Below are positions 18,056-27,394 of a stretch of 64,000 nucleotides of DNA, one piece after another; the first letter of the stretch is position 1; the number at the start of each line of letters is the position of its first letter. The position numbers and the translations under genes are program-made. The DNA lies in assembly GCA_033762715.1 (NCBI GenBank), contig JANRLL010000012.1, positions 27,113-91,112 of the forward strand, given 5' to 3'. This stretch comes from Rickettsiales bacterium (GTDB taxonomy: Bacteria > Pseudomonadota > Alphaproteobacteria > Rickettsiales > SXRF01). Under the pieces are notes generated by a model. That model saw only the letters and a list, made by a program, of their open reading frames with translations, made no database searches and was not told the origin of the DNA.

Positions 18056-18310
18056 ATGAACAAATCATGGATTGCTGCTACCGCATTGACTGCACTCTTA
18101 ACGGCCCATACGGCACAAGCAGACGAAAAATCTGCCGCGCCCGAACGTGAAAAATGTTACGGCGTGGTCAAAGCCGGTAAAAATGATTGCAGCTCGAAAG
18201 ATGGCAAACATGGTTGTGCCGCAAGCGCCAAAGAAAATGCCAGCCCCAATGAATGGGTCTACACGCCCAAAGGCCTATGCGACAAATTAGTGGGTGGCGT
18301 AAAAGGCTAA
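18056..18310 (+). CDS. DUF2282 / BufA1-type bufferin precursor-like secreted peptide
   Basis: 84 aa with a signal peptide (ALLTAHTAQA). The core EKCYGVVKAGKNDCSSKDGKHGCAASAKENASPNEWVYTPKGLCDKLVGG carries the 4 Cys in the DUF2282 pattern. A GAGG RBS sits 6 nt upstream. Confidence 0.75.
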   Translation: MNKSWIAATALTALLTAHTAQADEKSAAPEREKCYGVVKAGKNDCSSKDGKHGCAASAKENASPNEWVYTPKGLCDKLVGGVKG

Positions 18311-18355
18311 CGACTTACACACATAACGCACTTCATTTTTTCTACGCAAAATAAT

Positions 18356-18388
18356 GCCGCTCATATGATTGAGCGGCAGAGCGCTGCC
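18356..18388 (+). terminator. Overlapping GC-rich hairpins downstream of the DUF2282 gene (no U-tract)
   Basis: The first hairpin is GCCGCTCA-tatgat-TGAGCGGC (18356-18377). It overlaps GGCAG-agcg-CTGCC (18375-18388). No T-run follows on the plus strand, so terminator function is uncertain. Confidence 0.25.
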
Positions 18389-18550
18389 TATGCCTAAAAT
18401 GGCACATTAGTAGCTTTGTTAATAAATATACAAATTAACAATCTGTATTATAATGATATATTTTCCTGACAAAGTTCTTTATTAAGAAATCATTAACATT
18501 ATAATTAAGCCTCTTTAACGATTAGTCCAACTACTCATATCGGAGGCCCT

Positions 18551-21055
18551 ATGGCACAAGCTCTCAAAAGTCACGGTAAAGCAGAACATGATTTAGATGA
18601 TCTTTTGGGTAGTGATAATGGACAGAAACACTATGAGTCCCTTGCGTATGGGTACATAAAACGCTTTATAGAAAATACGGATGTATCGCGTGGTACCGCC
18701 TATAAAGTGTGTGGCCTGGTTGAAGAAGATGAAATTGCTCTGCCTAAATTGAGCAAAATATTCCCACCCGATAAAAAAGAGTACACCGAAAATAGAGACA
18801 AACTGGAATCCAAGAAAAAGAAATTGGAAACCGAAATTAAGGCATTAGAGAAAAAAATATCTGCCACCGACTCCGTTGACAAAGCGGATGAAGAAAAACT
18901 ATCAGAATTGCAAGCCCGTTTGAAAGAGCTAGTGATTCCGCCTAAGCGAGACACTTATTATGATTCAGAAGCTGATAAGCCGGTGGATGTTCGCACAGAA
19001 GATTGGGAATTTCTTAAAGATTGGTTTGGTAAGCAGGAAAAAAGATTGGCAAACGAGAAGCCATCACCATTGCTCACCAATATGGAACATCTGAGCAATG
19101 AGCTAGAGCTTGATCCCGATGCCAGGAAATTTCTAACTCTTGTTACGGCACTAAGATCCGATTTTTTAAGATCGTTTATCGATGGGGTCTGCGGAAATCC
19201 TACGACACAAGCGCATTTCAATGCGGTAGTCGCCAGAATGCTGGACATGGATATTGCCAAAGTAACCAAGCTCCTTTCAGAGGATTCACCGCTTATCAGC
19301 TATGGTATTATTTCAAAAAATGCAGAAGAAACATTCCCTTGGATTTCTGGGCATATAAGTGGTCTCTTATCCGAGCCCAATCTAGATGTAAGCACATTGC
19401 GCAGTAAACTTGCCGGTGAAACCATCACCACTAACCTCGATTGGCAAAAAGATTTTGATGGGTTAGGTGAACATGGAAAACGCATTGAAAAGCTTATCCG
19501 TCACGCGCAAGAAGAAAGAAGAGCAGGCAAGAAAACCCCAGGCCCGGTAATCTTTTTCTCGGGTATTACGGATACGGGCAAGACCTCAGCCGTTGCGGCA
19601 CTCGGCAAGCATTTAGGCATGACGGTAAAAGTTGTCGGCGAACGCGCAGAGAAAAATTTAAAAACCGTGCGAGAGGAATTTGATTCCGATGATGACGGTG
19701 AAGGCCAAATAGTTTCCCGCGAGGTCACGCAAGACGGTAAAAACAAAAAGCTTAGTGCGCTTGATCGCTTCTCACAAGTACAGACCGCCGCGCGGCTAAG
19801 CGAGAAAGATCCGAATACGTTATTATTGGTTGAAGAACCAGATCGCTTTATGCCAACCACCGATGGTGAAAATGATGAGGTGGATCGCGTACTAGTACAG
19901 CGTTTATTTGAGAACAATCCATCGGCTGGACTTGTATTTACTACCAATAATTGGGAACAAATTCATCCAGCCGTGAAACGCCGTGCCCATGTTCAAGTCG
20001 ATTTTGCGGTGCCCAATGCACATAAACGCGCCCAAATTGTTCGCAATATTTGCGCTGAGCAACATCTTGATATATCAGATAAAGATATTGAAAAATTAGC
20101 CATTACTTACCGCGTAGCTGCTGGTAAATGGGCTTCTGCTATCAAAAATGCTGCTATTACTGCTGAGGGTCCAGACCAAATCATTTCTGAAATTAAATAT
20201 TGGATTGAAGCACAGGCTGTACGCGACCATGGTAGCGTCAGCGCTATTACTTCAATGCATACGCGTCCTGAACACGGATATGATTTTAAATTGGTAAACC
20301 CTGTAGCTAAAGATGGTGTCTCTTTAGAGCAATTTACCGAATTCACCCGTAGCCAGCCTCCTGAAAAGCAAAAATTCCGCATCTTACTTGATGGTCCTCC
20401 AGGGACAGGTAAGAGCGAATATATCTGGCATCTGGCCGATTTGATCGGCAGAGACGTGATTTATGCCAAAGCGTCCGATATTTTAGATATGTATGTAGGT
20501 GGATCCGAGAAAAATATCGCTGAATATTTTAGACGCGCTGAAGAATCAGGCTCTATTTTATTTATCGATGAGGTCGATTCTATTTTACGGGAACGTTCCG
20601 GCGCCGAAAGAGGCTATGAAGTCTCGCAAGTGAATCAATTCCTCACCAATCTTGAACATTATAAAGGTATGATCGCCTGTTCAACCAACAACCCAAAATC
20701 ATTGGATGCCGCGGTATTCAGACGGTTTAAATTTAGAACCACCTTCGATTTCCTGACGACTGAGCAATGTGAATATGCCTATAAGACATTCTTTGGGCGT
20801 GAAGCACCGCCAAATAGTTTTGATGGAATACGTCGCTTAGTACCCGCTGACTTTGTAAACGCCAAAGAGCAAGCCAGTGATTATAACTTCTTGGAAGATG
20901 ATGATCGCATCTTAAAGCGCCTTAAAAACATCGAAAAAGACAAACCAAAATGGTTGCAGCCACACGGGGAAACTCGTGAAATGGGCTTCACAGCCGGCAT
21001 GGAACGTAGAGGTGATTGGAAAGCCGAACAGCCTAAAAGAGCTGCCTTGGGTTGA
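18551..21055 (+). CDS. Tandem AAA+ ATPase with N-terminal coiled-coil region (D1 degenerate, D2 classical)
   Basis: 834 aa with a GGAGG RBS. D1 has Walker A GITDTGKT (19561-19584) and the Walker B-like LLLVEEPD. D2 has GPPGTGKS (20393-20416), ILFIDEVD (20555-20578), sensor-1 ACSTNN and an LDAAVFRRFKFR arginine region. There is a K/E-rich coiled coil (ESKKKKLETEIKALEKK). Confidence 0.8.
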   Translation: MAQALKSHGKAEHDLDDLLGSDNGQKHYESLAYGYIKRFIENTDVSRGTAYKVCGLVEEDEIALPKLSKIFPPDKKEYTENRDKLESKKKKLETEIKALEKKISATDSVDKADEEKLSELQARLKELVIPPKRDTYYDSEADKPVDVRTEDWEFLKDWFGKQEKRLANEKPSPLLTNMEHLSNELELDPDARKFLTLVTALRSDFLRSFIDGVCGNPTTQAHFNAVVARMLDMDIAKVTKLLSEDSPLISYGIISKNAEETFPWISGHISGLLSEPNLDVSTLRSKLAGETITTNLDWQKDFDGLGEHGKRIEKLIRHAQEERRAGKKTPGPVIFFSGITDTGKTSAVAALGKHLGMTVKVVGERAEKNLKTVREEFDSDDDGEGQIVSREVTQDGKNKKLSALDRFSQVQTAARLSEKDPNTLLLVEEPDRFMPTTDGENDEVDRVLVQRLFENNPSAGLVFTTNNWEQIHPAVKRRAHVQVDFAVPNAHKRAQIVRNICAEQHLDISDKDIEKLAITYRVAAGKWASAIKNAAITAEGPDQIISEIKYWIEAQAVRDHGSVSAITSMHTRPEHGYDFKLVNPVAKDGVSLEQFTEFTRSQPPEKQKFRILLDGPPGTGKSEYIWHLADLIGRDVIYAKASDILDMYVGGSEKNIAEYFRRAEESGSILFIDEVDSILRERSGAERGYEVSQVNQFLTNLEHYKGMIACSTNNPKSLDAAVFRRFKFRTTFDFLTTEQCEYAYKTFFGREAPPNSFDGIRRLVPADFVNAKEQASDYNFLEDDDRILKRLKNIEKDKPKWLQPHGETREMGFTAGMERRGDWKAEQPKRAALG

Positions 21056-21060
21056 TTTTT

Positions 21061-24000
21061 CTAAACTGTCTTCGCGGACAGCAATTCCAGATTGCCACCG
21101 ACAGCAGCGCTGTTGATGGTGACTGTGCGTTCGGTTACAAAGCGCGTCAGGTAATGCGGTCCGCCGGCTTTAGGGCCAGTTCCAGACAGGCCTTCACCGC
21201 CAAACGGCTGTACACCCACCACCGCACCGATCATGCTGCGATTCACATAATAATTGCCAGCATGCACACGCGATAAGAAGAACTGAATGTTATCATCAAT
21301 GCGACTATGGATGCCAAAGGTTAGGCCAAAACCGGTCGCATTAATGCTATCGGCCACCAATTCGCGATGGGCCGCTGAAAAGCGCACCACATGCAAGATC
21401 GGGCCGAACTGCTCTTTCGTGAGCGCACCCAAGTGAGCAATTTCAAAAATATGCGGCGCGACATAATGCGCGGTGGTTGGCAGATGACTAATATCGCCGC
21501 GCGCCACCAGCTTAGCACTGCGCTCCATTTCGGCAATATGCGCATAGAGACCACGCTTGGCTTCGGCATCGATCACCGGCCCCATATCCGTATCGAATTG
21601 AGCCGGATCGCCAATGGCAATTTCCTGCAACGCGCCACGTAGCAATTGCAGCAAATCATCGGCAATATCTTCCTGCGCGAATAATACACGCAGCGCCGAA
21701 CAGCGCTGGCCAGCACTGCCAAAGGCCGAGAGCATGATGTCATCCACCGCTTGCTCCAATAAGGCGGAGCTATCTACCACCATGCAATTCTGCCCGCCGG
21801 TTTCTGCAATCAGCGGCACAATTGCGCCTTTGCGTTGCGCCAAGGTTTGGTTGATCGCCTGCGCAGTTTCCACCGATCCGGTAAAGACCACGCCGCCAAT
21901 AGCCGGATGCGCTACCAGCGCTTTGCCAATGCTGGGTCCGTCACCTACTGACAGCTGCACCACTGATTCAGGAATACCGACACTATGCAAAATCTCGATC
22001 GCACGTTTGGCAATGGCAGGGGTTTGTTCGGCAGGTTTCGCAATCACACTATTGCCCGTCACTAGAGCCGCTGCCACCTGCCCCATGAAAATCGCCAATG
22101 GGAAATTCCATGGGCTGATGCAAATAAAGACACCGCGCGGATGCAAGCTAAGGCGATTCGACTCCCCAGTCGGCCCAGGAAGGCGCAGCTCGCCCTGCGT
22201 GGTTCTCGCCAGATGGGCATAGTAGCGGCAAAAATCTGCCGCTTCACGTATTTCAGCAATACCATCAGGAATGGTTTTCTTGGCCTCCGCTATCAGAAGC
22301 GCGAGCAACTCATCATGCGCCTGCTCGATAGCATCTGCTGCCTTATCCAGCAGCGACGCACGCGCCTGCACTGAAAGCGGGCCCCAAATCGATTGCGCGA
22401 CCTGCGCGCTTTTCATCATGCCTTCTATCTCAGCTGCAATGGTTTCCTGAGGGGGCGTTATGGGGCGAGCCAAATGCTGATCCAGCGATTGGCGCAGCGT
22501 TTGAGCTTCAGCAAGATTACCTAGATCGATGCCCATCGAATTTTTGCGTTCGCTGCCATAGATATCCACCGGCAAGGCAATCGCCGGATTCGGTGAGATA
22601 CCCTGCTCTTGTACGGTTTTGGCCGGATTCACAATAATCTCTTCCAGGCTGCGATCCTTATCCATCAAGAGATTCACAAAGCTGGTATTGGCGCCATTTT
22701 CCAATAGGCGACGAATCAAATAAGCGAGCAAATCCTTATGCGCACCCACCGGTGCATAAATACGGCTAGCCACTTGCGGCACAATTAAATTATGCAGGCT
22801 TTCGCCCATGCCATGCAGGCGCTGCAATTCATATTGCTGAGAAGACACGCCATAATGCTTTGCCAGTGCTTCAATGGTTGCGATGGTGCGAGCATTATGG
22901 GTAGCAAATTGTGGATAAAACGCGTCGACTTGGCTAAGCATTGTATCGGCGCACGCCATATATGAAATATCGGTATGTTCTTTGCGGGTGAAAACCGGAT
23001 AGCCCCTCAGACCATTAATCTGCGACCATTTTATTTCGGAATCCCAATAGGCGCCTTTTACCAATCGCACTGGAATGCGCTTTTTGCAGTGGCGTGATAG
23101 CGCAGCTAGAAACTGGATCGCATCCATAGCACGCTTCTGATAGGCCTGCACCACATAGCCCAAGCCCTGATAATCAGCCAGCTCAGGATCTTCCAGCAGC
23201 GCTTGGAACAGATGCAATTGAATGTCCAGTCGTGTGGCTTCTTCGGCATCGAGTGAAATAGCAATGCGTTTGGATTTAGCGAGCAAAGCCAATTCTTTCA
23301 CACGCGGCAATAGCTCTTTCACCACTCGATCCAGCTTGGTCAAATGATAGCGCGGATGCAAGGCTGATAGCTTGATCGAGACACTCGCTGCCTCCAAAAT
23401 CGACGCCGTGCTGCCTTCGCCGACACAATTAATGGCATGCCTATAGCTGGCAAGATAGAAATCCGCCTGTGCTTGGCTGCGCGCGCCCTCACCCAGCATA
23501 TCATAGGAAAAACGATAGCCTTTTTTGGCATACGATTTCGCCTGTTTCAGCGCATCTTCAATACTCTCACCCAGCACAAATTGCTGACCGATGTAGCGCA
23601 TGGCTTTTTTGAGCGCCTCGCGGATAATCGGTTCACCAAATTTGCCCACCAGCTTGCCTAAAATATTCGATGCACCCTCCTGGCCCAAATTGACCACCTT
23701 GCCAGTGAGCAACAATCCCCAGCTGGAGGCATTGACCATCAGCGAATCGCTATGACCCAAATGCCGGTCCCATTCGGTATGTTCAAAAGTGGAATGAATC
23801 AGGCGGTCAGCCGTCTGCGCATCAGGAATGCGCAAGAGCGCTTCCGCCAAGCACATGATCGCCACGCCCTCTTTCGAATCAAGGCCGTATTCCTGCAGGA
23901 AGGCTTCTACCCCATGCCCAGGGCCTTCGCTGCGCAAGGTGCGCACCCATTCTTCTGCCCGTTGGTGGATTGCATTTTCAAAAGCAGCAACCGGTGCGAT

Positions 24001-24096
24001 ATGCTCTAGCAGCTGGTTGACCTGGGTTACTTCGTCAGTAAAAGCCTTGCCGCTAATTGCCAGTCGCATCTGATTTAGTGAGCTATCCATACACAC
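21061..24096 (-). CDS. putA: Bifunctional proline dehydrogenase / L-glutamate-gamma-semialdehyde dehydrogenase
   Basis: 1011 aa. It has a PRODH barrel (YDMLGE, RLVKGAYWDSE) and an ALDH domain (FTGSVETA, GGQNCMVVD, EEFGP-like FGPILHV). No N-terminal RHH DNA-binding domain is present. Confidence 0.95.
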   Translation of the reverse strand: MCMDSSLNQMRLAISGKAFTDEVTQVNQLLEHIAPVAAFENAIHQRAEEWVRTLRSEGPGHGVEAFLQEYGLDSKEGVAIMCLAEALLRIPDAQTADRLIHSTFEHTEWDRHLGHSDSLMVNASSWGLLLTGKVVNLGQEGASNILGKLVGKFGEPIIREALKKAMRYIGQQFVLGESIEDALKQAKSYAKKGYRFSYDMLGEGARSQAQADFYLASYRHAINCVGEGSTASILEAASVSIKLSALHPRYHLTKLDRVVKELLPRVKELALLAKSKRIAISLDAEEATRLDIQLHLFQALLEDPELADYQGLGYVVQAYQKRAMDAIQFLAALSRHCKKRIPVRLVKGAYWDSEIKWSQINGLRGYPVFTRKEHTDISYMACADTMLSQVDAFYPQFATHNARTIATIEALAKHYGVSSQQYELQRLHGMGESLHNLIVPQVASRIYAPVGAHKDLLAYLIRRLLENGANTSFVNLLMDKDRSLEEIIVNPAKTVQEQGISPNPAIALPVDIYGSERKNSMGIDLGNLAEAQTLRQSLDQHLARPITPPQETIAAEIEGMMKSAQVAQSIWGPLSVQARASLLDKAADAIEQAHDELLALLIAEAKKTIPDGIAEIREAADFCRYYAHLARTTQGELRLPGPTGESNRLSLHPRGVFICISPWNFPLAIFMGQVAAALVTGNSVIAKPAEQTPAIAKRAIEILHSVGIPESVVQLSVGDGPSIGKALVAHPAIGGVVFTGSVETAQAINQTLAQRKGAIVPLIAETGGQNCMVVDSSALLEQAVDDIMLSAFGSAGQRCSALRVLFAQEDIADDLLQLLRGALQEIAIGDPAQFDTDMGPVIDAEAKRGLYAHIAEMERSAKLVARGDISHLPTTAHYVAPHIFEIAHLGALTKEQFGPILHVVRFSAAHRELVADSINATGFGLTFGIHSRIDDNIQFFLSRVHAGNYYVNRSMIGAVVGVQPFGGEGLSGTGPKAGGPHYLTRFVTERTVTINSAAVGGNLELLSAKTV

Positions 24097-24102
24097 CTGC
24101 TC

Positions 24103-25119
24103 TTATTGTTTTAACGCTGCCGCCAATGCACGCTGTTTGGCACGATCTGCTTCGGGCAACGGTACTGCTCCTTTATCCACGATATAGCCATACGTGCCGA
24201 CAGCAGCTTCGCTGGTGAGCTCACGCGCAAATTCCGCTAGGCCTGGCACTTGGCCTACATGGTCATTTTTAACATACACGTAGAGTTTGCGCGAAAGACC
24301 GTATTTGCCGTTGGCAATATTTTCAAAGCTGGGCGCGGCGCCATCCAGCAACATGCCTTGGATGATCGAAGCATTTTGATCGAGGAAGCTATAGCCAAAA
24401 ATAGCGAAGGCCTGCGGATCGTTAATCAGCTTTTTAGCGGTGGCATTGTAATCTTCGCCTGCCTCAATATAGACGCCGTCTTCGCGGATGGCACCACAGG
24501 CAGCCTTGTATTTTTTCTTATCGGGATAAACGGTTTTAAACTCAGAAAAATGCTCGCAGCTTTCATGCATGACTAGCTCGACAAACGTATCACGCGTACC
24601 GGAAGTAGGCGTGGTGCCATACATTTTAATCGGTATATCGGGCAAACCTGGATTCACTTCGCGCCAGCGCGTATAGGGATTTGCCACCAGCTTGCCATCC
24701 ACCGGCACCTGATGCGCCAATGCCAGAAATAAATCTTTCTTGGTTAGGATAATAGGGTTGCCTTGTTTCTTGCGCGCAATGGCAATGCCGTCATAGCCGA
24801 TGGTCAGTTGCGTCCAGCGCACAACGCCATTTTTCTCACATTGCTTTTCTTCATCCGGCAGCATGGGGCGGGAAGCATTGCTCATATCTGCTGTTGCAAG
24901 ATCGGTGCCCGAGCAAAAGAGCTTAAAGCCGCCGCCCGTGCCGGTTGCTTCTACCACGGGTGTGCGGAATTTTCCGGCCTTGCCAAATTGCTCAGCGGCC
25001 ATCGCCACAAAAGGAAATACGGTGCCAGAGCCCACTACGCGGATTTGATCACGCGCGAAAGCCGGTGTAGCAGGCAACGTGCTCATCATCACCAGCGCGA
25101 TCATTGAGAGCTGTTTCAT
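24103..25119 (-). CDS. PstS-family (PBP-like 2) phosphate-binding periplasmic protein
   Basis: 338 aa with a signal peptide. IRVVGSGTVFPF, EATGTGGGFKLFC and NASRPM motifs are present. No pstCAB genes lie adjacent. Confidence 0.75.
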   Translation of the reverse strand: MKQLSMIALVMMSTLPATPAFARDQIRVVGSGTVFPFVAMAAEQFGKAGKFRTPVVEATGTGGGFKLFCSGTDLATADMSNASRPMLPDEEKQCEKNGVVRWTQLTIGYDGIAIARKKQGNPIILTKKDLFLALAHQVPVDGKLVANPYTRWREVNPGLPDIPIKMYGTTPTSGTRDTFVELVMHESCEHFSEFKTVYPDKKKYKAACGAIREDGVYIEAGEDYNATAKKLINDPQAFAIFGYSFLDQNASIIQGMLLDGAAPSFENIANGKYGLSRKLYVYVKNDHVGQVPGLAEFARELTSEAAVGTYGYIVDKGAVPLPEADRAKQRALAAALKQ

Positions 25120-25122
25120 AGG

Positions 25123-26388
25123 CTACTCCTTCAATGCACGAATATAAAACGCAACCACTCCGTTAGCGAGCGCCAGCACGACAAAAATCGTTGGAATGGT
25201 AAAGGATAGAGATAATAAAAATAATACGACAAACGCCGCGCCCACCATAAATATAGCATTCATAATATTATTGGCGGCAATAATGCGCGCGCGATAATGA
25301 ATCTCGCTGCGATGCTGCATAATGGTATAAAGCGGCACGATATACAGTCCGGCGCAAATCGAAACACCTAACAGATCCAAGGTGATGCGCCATCCGGCCA
25401 ATGATGCCAAAAACTGCTCAATAGGAATAAGCGTTTCGCCGACGCTAAACCCGCTATAGATGCTCGCAAAATAAAAATCGACGCCAAATAAAGCCATGCC
25501 TAGGGCTGCCCACGGCACATAGGTGCTATGAATCGTGCCATGCAGCAGGCGATCGCATAAGAAGGATCCAAAACCAATGCCAATGGAAAAGATAGTCAGA
25601 AACAGCGTTACCACTTCGGGAGTCGCGCCCAATACATCTTTTACAAACACGGGAAATTGCGTGAGGTAGGTCGCACCAATCAACCAAAACCAAGAGATAC
25701 CCAATACGCAAATGAACACCGCGCGGTTTTGCTTGCTAAAGCCTACGATATGCCAGGTTTCTTTCCAGATATTGCGGCTGATCACCAAGCCTGGGTCGGG
25801 TGGGCTGGCGGCAGGAATCGAGCGGCTGCTGATATAGCCGATTAAAGCTACGGCAAATAGAGCGCCTGACACCAACCAATCGCCATGGAGTCTGAGTACA
25901 ATTAAGCCACCCGAAATCGTGCCGAGTAAAATCGCTAGAAACGTGCCGGCTTCCATATAAGCATTACCGGTAAGCAGCTCGTGCTCGCGCAAATGCTGCG
26001 GCAAAAGCGCATAGCGAATGGGGCTGAAAAAGGTGGAATGGGTGCCCATGGCAAATAGCGAAATCAGCAATACCGATAGGCTTTGCAAAAGAAAACCGAT
26101 CGTGGCAACCGCCATGATGATGATTTCTGTGATTTTGATAATACGCACCAACTTAGCGCGGTCATATTTATCGGCGAGCTGGCCGGCGGTGGCCGAAAAT
26201 AAAAAGAAGGGCAGGATAAAAATAGCACCGGCAATGGTGACCAGTAATTGCGTATTCTCACCGATTTGCGCCGAAATGCGATAGGTGATCAACATCACCA
26301 ACGCATTTTTGAGCATGTTGTCATTAAATGCGCCGCAAAATTGGGTGATGAACAAAGGTAAGAAACGTTGTGAACGAACAAGAGACAT
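25123..26388 (-). CDS. MFS transporter, lysophospholipid transporter LplT-like
   Basis: The N-terminus FLPLFITQFCGAFNDNMLKNAL resembles LplT and the Aas N-terminal MFS domain. It has about 12 TM segments. The start is either the ATG at 26388 or the one at 26427. Confidence 0.75.
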   Translation of the reverse strand: MSLVRSQRFLPLFITQFCGAFNDNMLKNALVMLITYRISAQIGENTQLLVTIAGAIFILPFFLFSATAGQLADKYDRAKLVRIIKITEIIIMAVATIGFLLQSLSVLLISLFAMGTHSTFFSPIRYALLPQHLREHELLTGNAYMEAGTFLAILLGTISGGLIVLRLHGDWLVSGALFAVALIGYISSRSIPAASPPDPGLVISRNIWKETWHIVGFSKQNRAVFICVLGISWFWLIGATYLTQFPVFVKDVLGATPEVVTLFLTIFSIGIGFGSFLCDRLLHGTIHSTYVPWAALGMALFGVDFYFASIYSGFSVGETLIPIEQFLASLAGWRITLDLLGVSICAGLYIVPLYTIMQHRSEIHYRARIIAANNIMNAIFMVGAAFVVLFLLSLSFTIPTIFVVLALANGVVAFYIRALKE

Positions 26389-26520
26389 GGTCAGACGGTG
26401 TGTGCCTATATGCGAGTTGGCCCTCACATAATCATAAAAAAGACTGATAGTAAAAGGGATTCGCGCAGCAGGCGAGCCTATCGCGATTTTGCTATATTAT
26501 TGATAGATGGGCTATTTTGA

Positions 26521-27171
26521 TTAGTTCATCGACAGCATAACGGAATTCACCCGCTGGTCGAGCGTGCGGATAACACCGTCCATGCCTTTTGCCGCCATGA
26601 TCTTGCCAAACTCGGCGCGATGGGTAGCAAGCATGCTAACATTCTCAACAGCAATATCGATAATGCGATTTTTGCCATCGGCACGTTCAATCACCGTATA
26701 ATCCACTTTCAAATGATCGGCATTCGACAGCTTCAATTCGGTGCGGGCGGTGAACTTTTCATTATTGGCATGGTTGATGCCTAAAATTTTCATATCCACG
26801 ATTTTGCGCTCTTTGCTTTGGCCAAATGTTTCCACGTAAGCTTTGAGCAAAAAGGCTTCATAGAGTTTTACATAGGTTTCACGTTGCGCGTCTGATGCCT
26901 GGCGCCAAGCCGCGCCGGCTACAAATTTAGCGATCCAATCAATATCAACCAGGGTTTTAAACCCTTTCTGCAAATTCTCTGCACGCTGATCGAACGATTT
27001 TTGCTGATCTTGCAATACCGCAAGCGTTGCCGTCGTCATCTTTTTGACCAGCTCTTCGCGCTTGGTAATTTTTTCCGGTGAAATGGCTATTTGTTCTGCA
27101 ATCGAAGGACTGCTGGTAAATAAACCAAGGCTTACGCATATCGCTGATAGTAAAATGGGTAATCGCATCAT
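26521..27171 (-). CDS. MlaC/Ttg2D-family phospholipid-binding periplasmic protein
   Basis: 216 aa with a signal peptide. The DWIAKFVAGAAWRQASDAQRETYVKLYEAFLLKAYVETF pattern is typical of the toluene-tolerance Ttg2D/MlaC family. No mlaDEF genes are nearby. Confidence 0.7.
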   Translation of the reverse strand: MMRLPILLSAICVSLGLFTSSPSIAEQIAISPEKITKREELVKKMTTATLAVLQDQQKSFDQRAENLQKGFKTLVDIDWIAKFVAGAAWRQASDAQRETYVKLYEAFLLKAYVETFGQSKERKIVDMKILGINHANNEKFTARTELKLSNADHLKVDYTVIERADGKNRIIDIAVENVSMLATHRAEFGKIMAAKGMDGVIRTLDQRVNSVMLSMN

Positions 27172-27228
27172 AATTCCTACTTCTTCATTCCAAAACGAAA
27201 CACTTCTCGTATTTTAGTTAAAGCCTTT

Positions 27229-27267
27229 TAACATAATGTGAATGTTAGATAAAATGCTATCTAACAT
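27229..27267. promoter_or_regulatory. Nested inverted repeats (candidate operator) in an AT-rich divergent promoter region
   Basis: The arms are TAACAT (27229-27234), ATGTTAGAT (27242-27250) and ATCTAACAT (27259-27267). The 9-bp arms are perfect reverse complements separated by 8 nt. Confidence 0.35.
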
Positions 27268-27394
27268 AGGCAGAAGATAAATAGTTTATATATTACAGAT
27301 ATATAGCAATATAAAAGCAAAGTATTGTCACAAAGCATTCATACTTCTTTTAACCTTAATTGACTATAATGAGTGAGCAATTAAGGGACAATTC

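Noticed and set aside
21614-22222. A 202-aa plus-strand ORF inside putA. Similar long antisense ORFs occur inside aceB (59993..60805), pepA (51184..51954), hisF (41667..42266) and the OMF gene (34350..34892).
   Set aside because: All lie opposite strongly supported genes. Their translations are Ser/Ala/Arg/Cys-rich with no motifs or RBS, so they are shadow ORFs.
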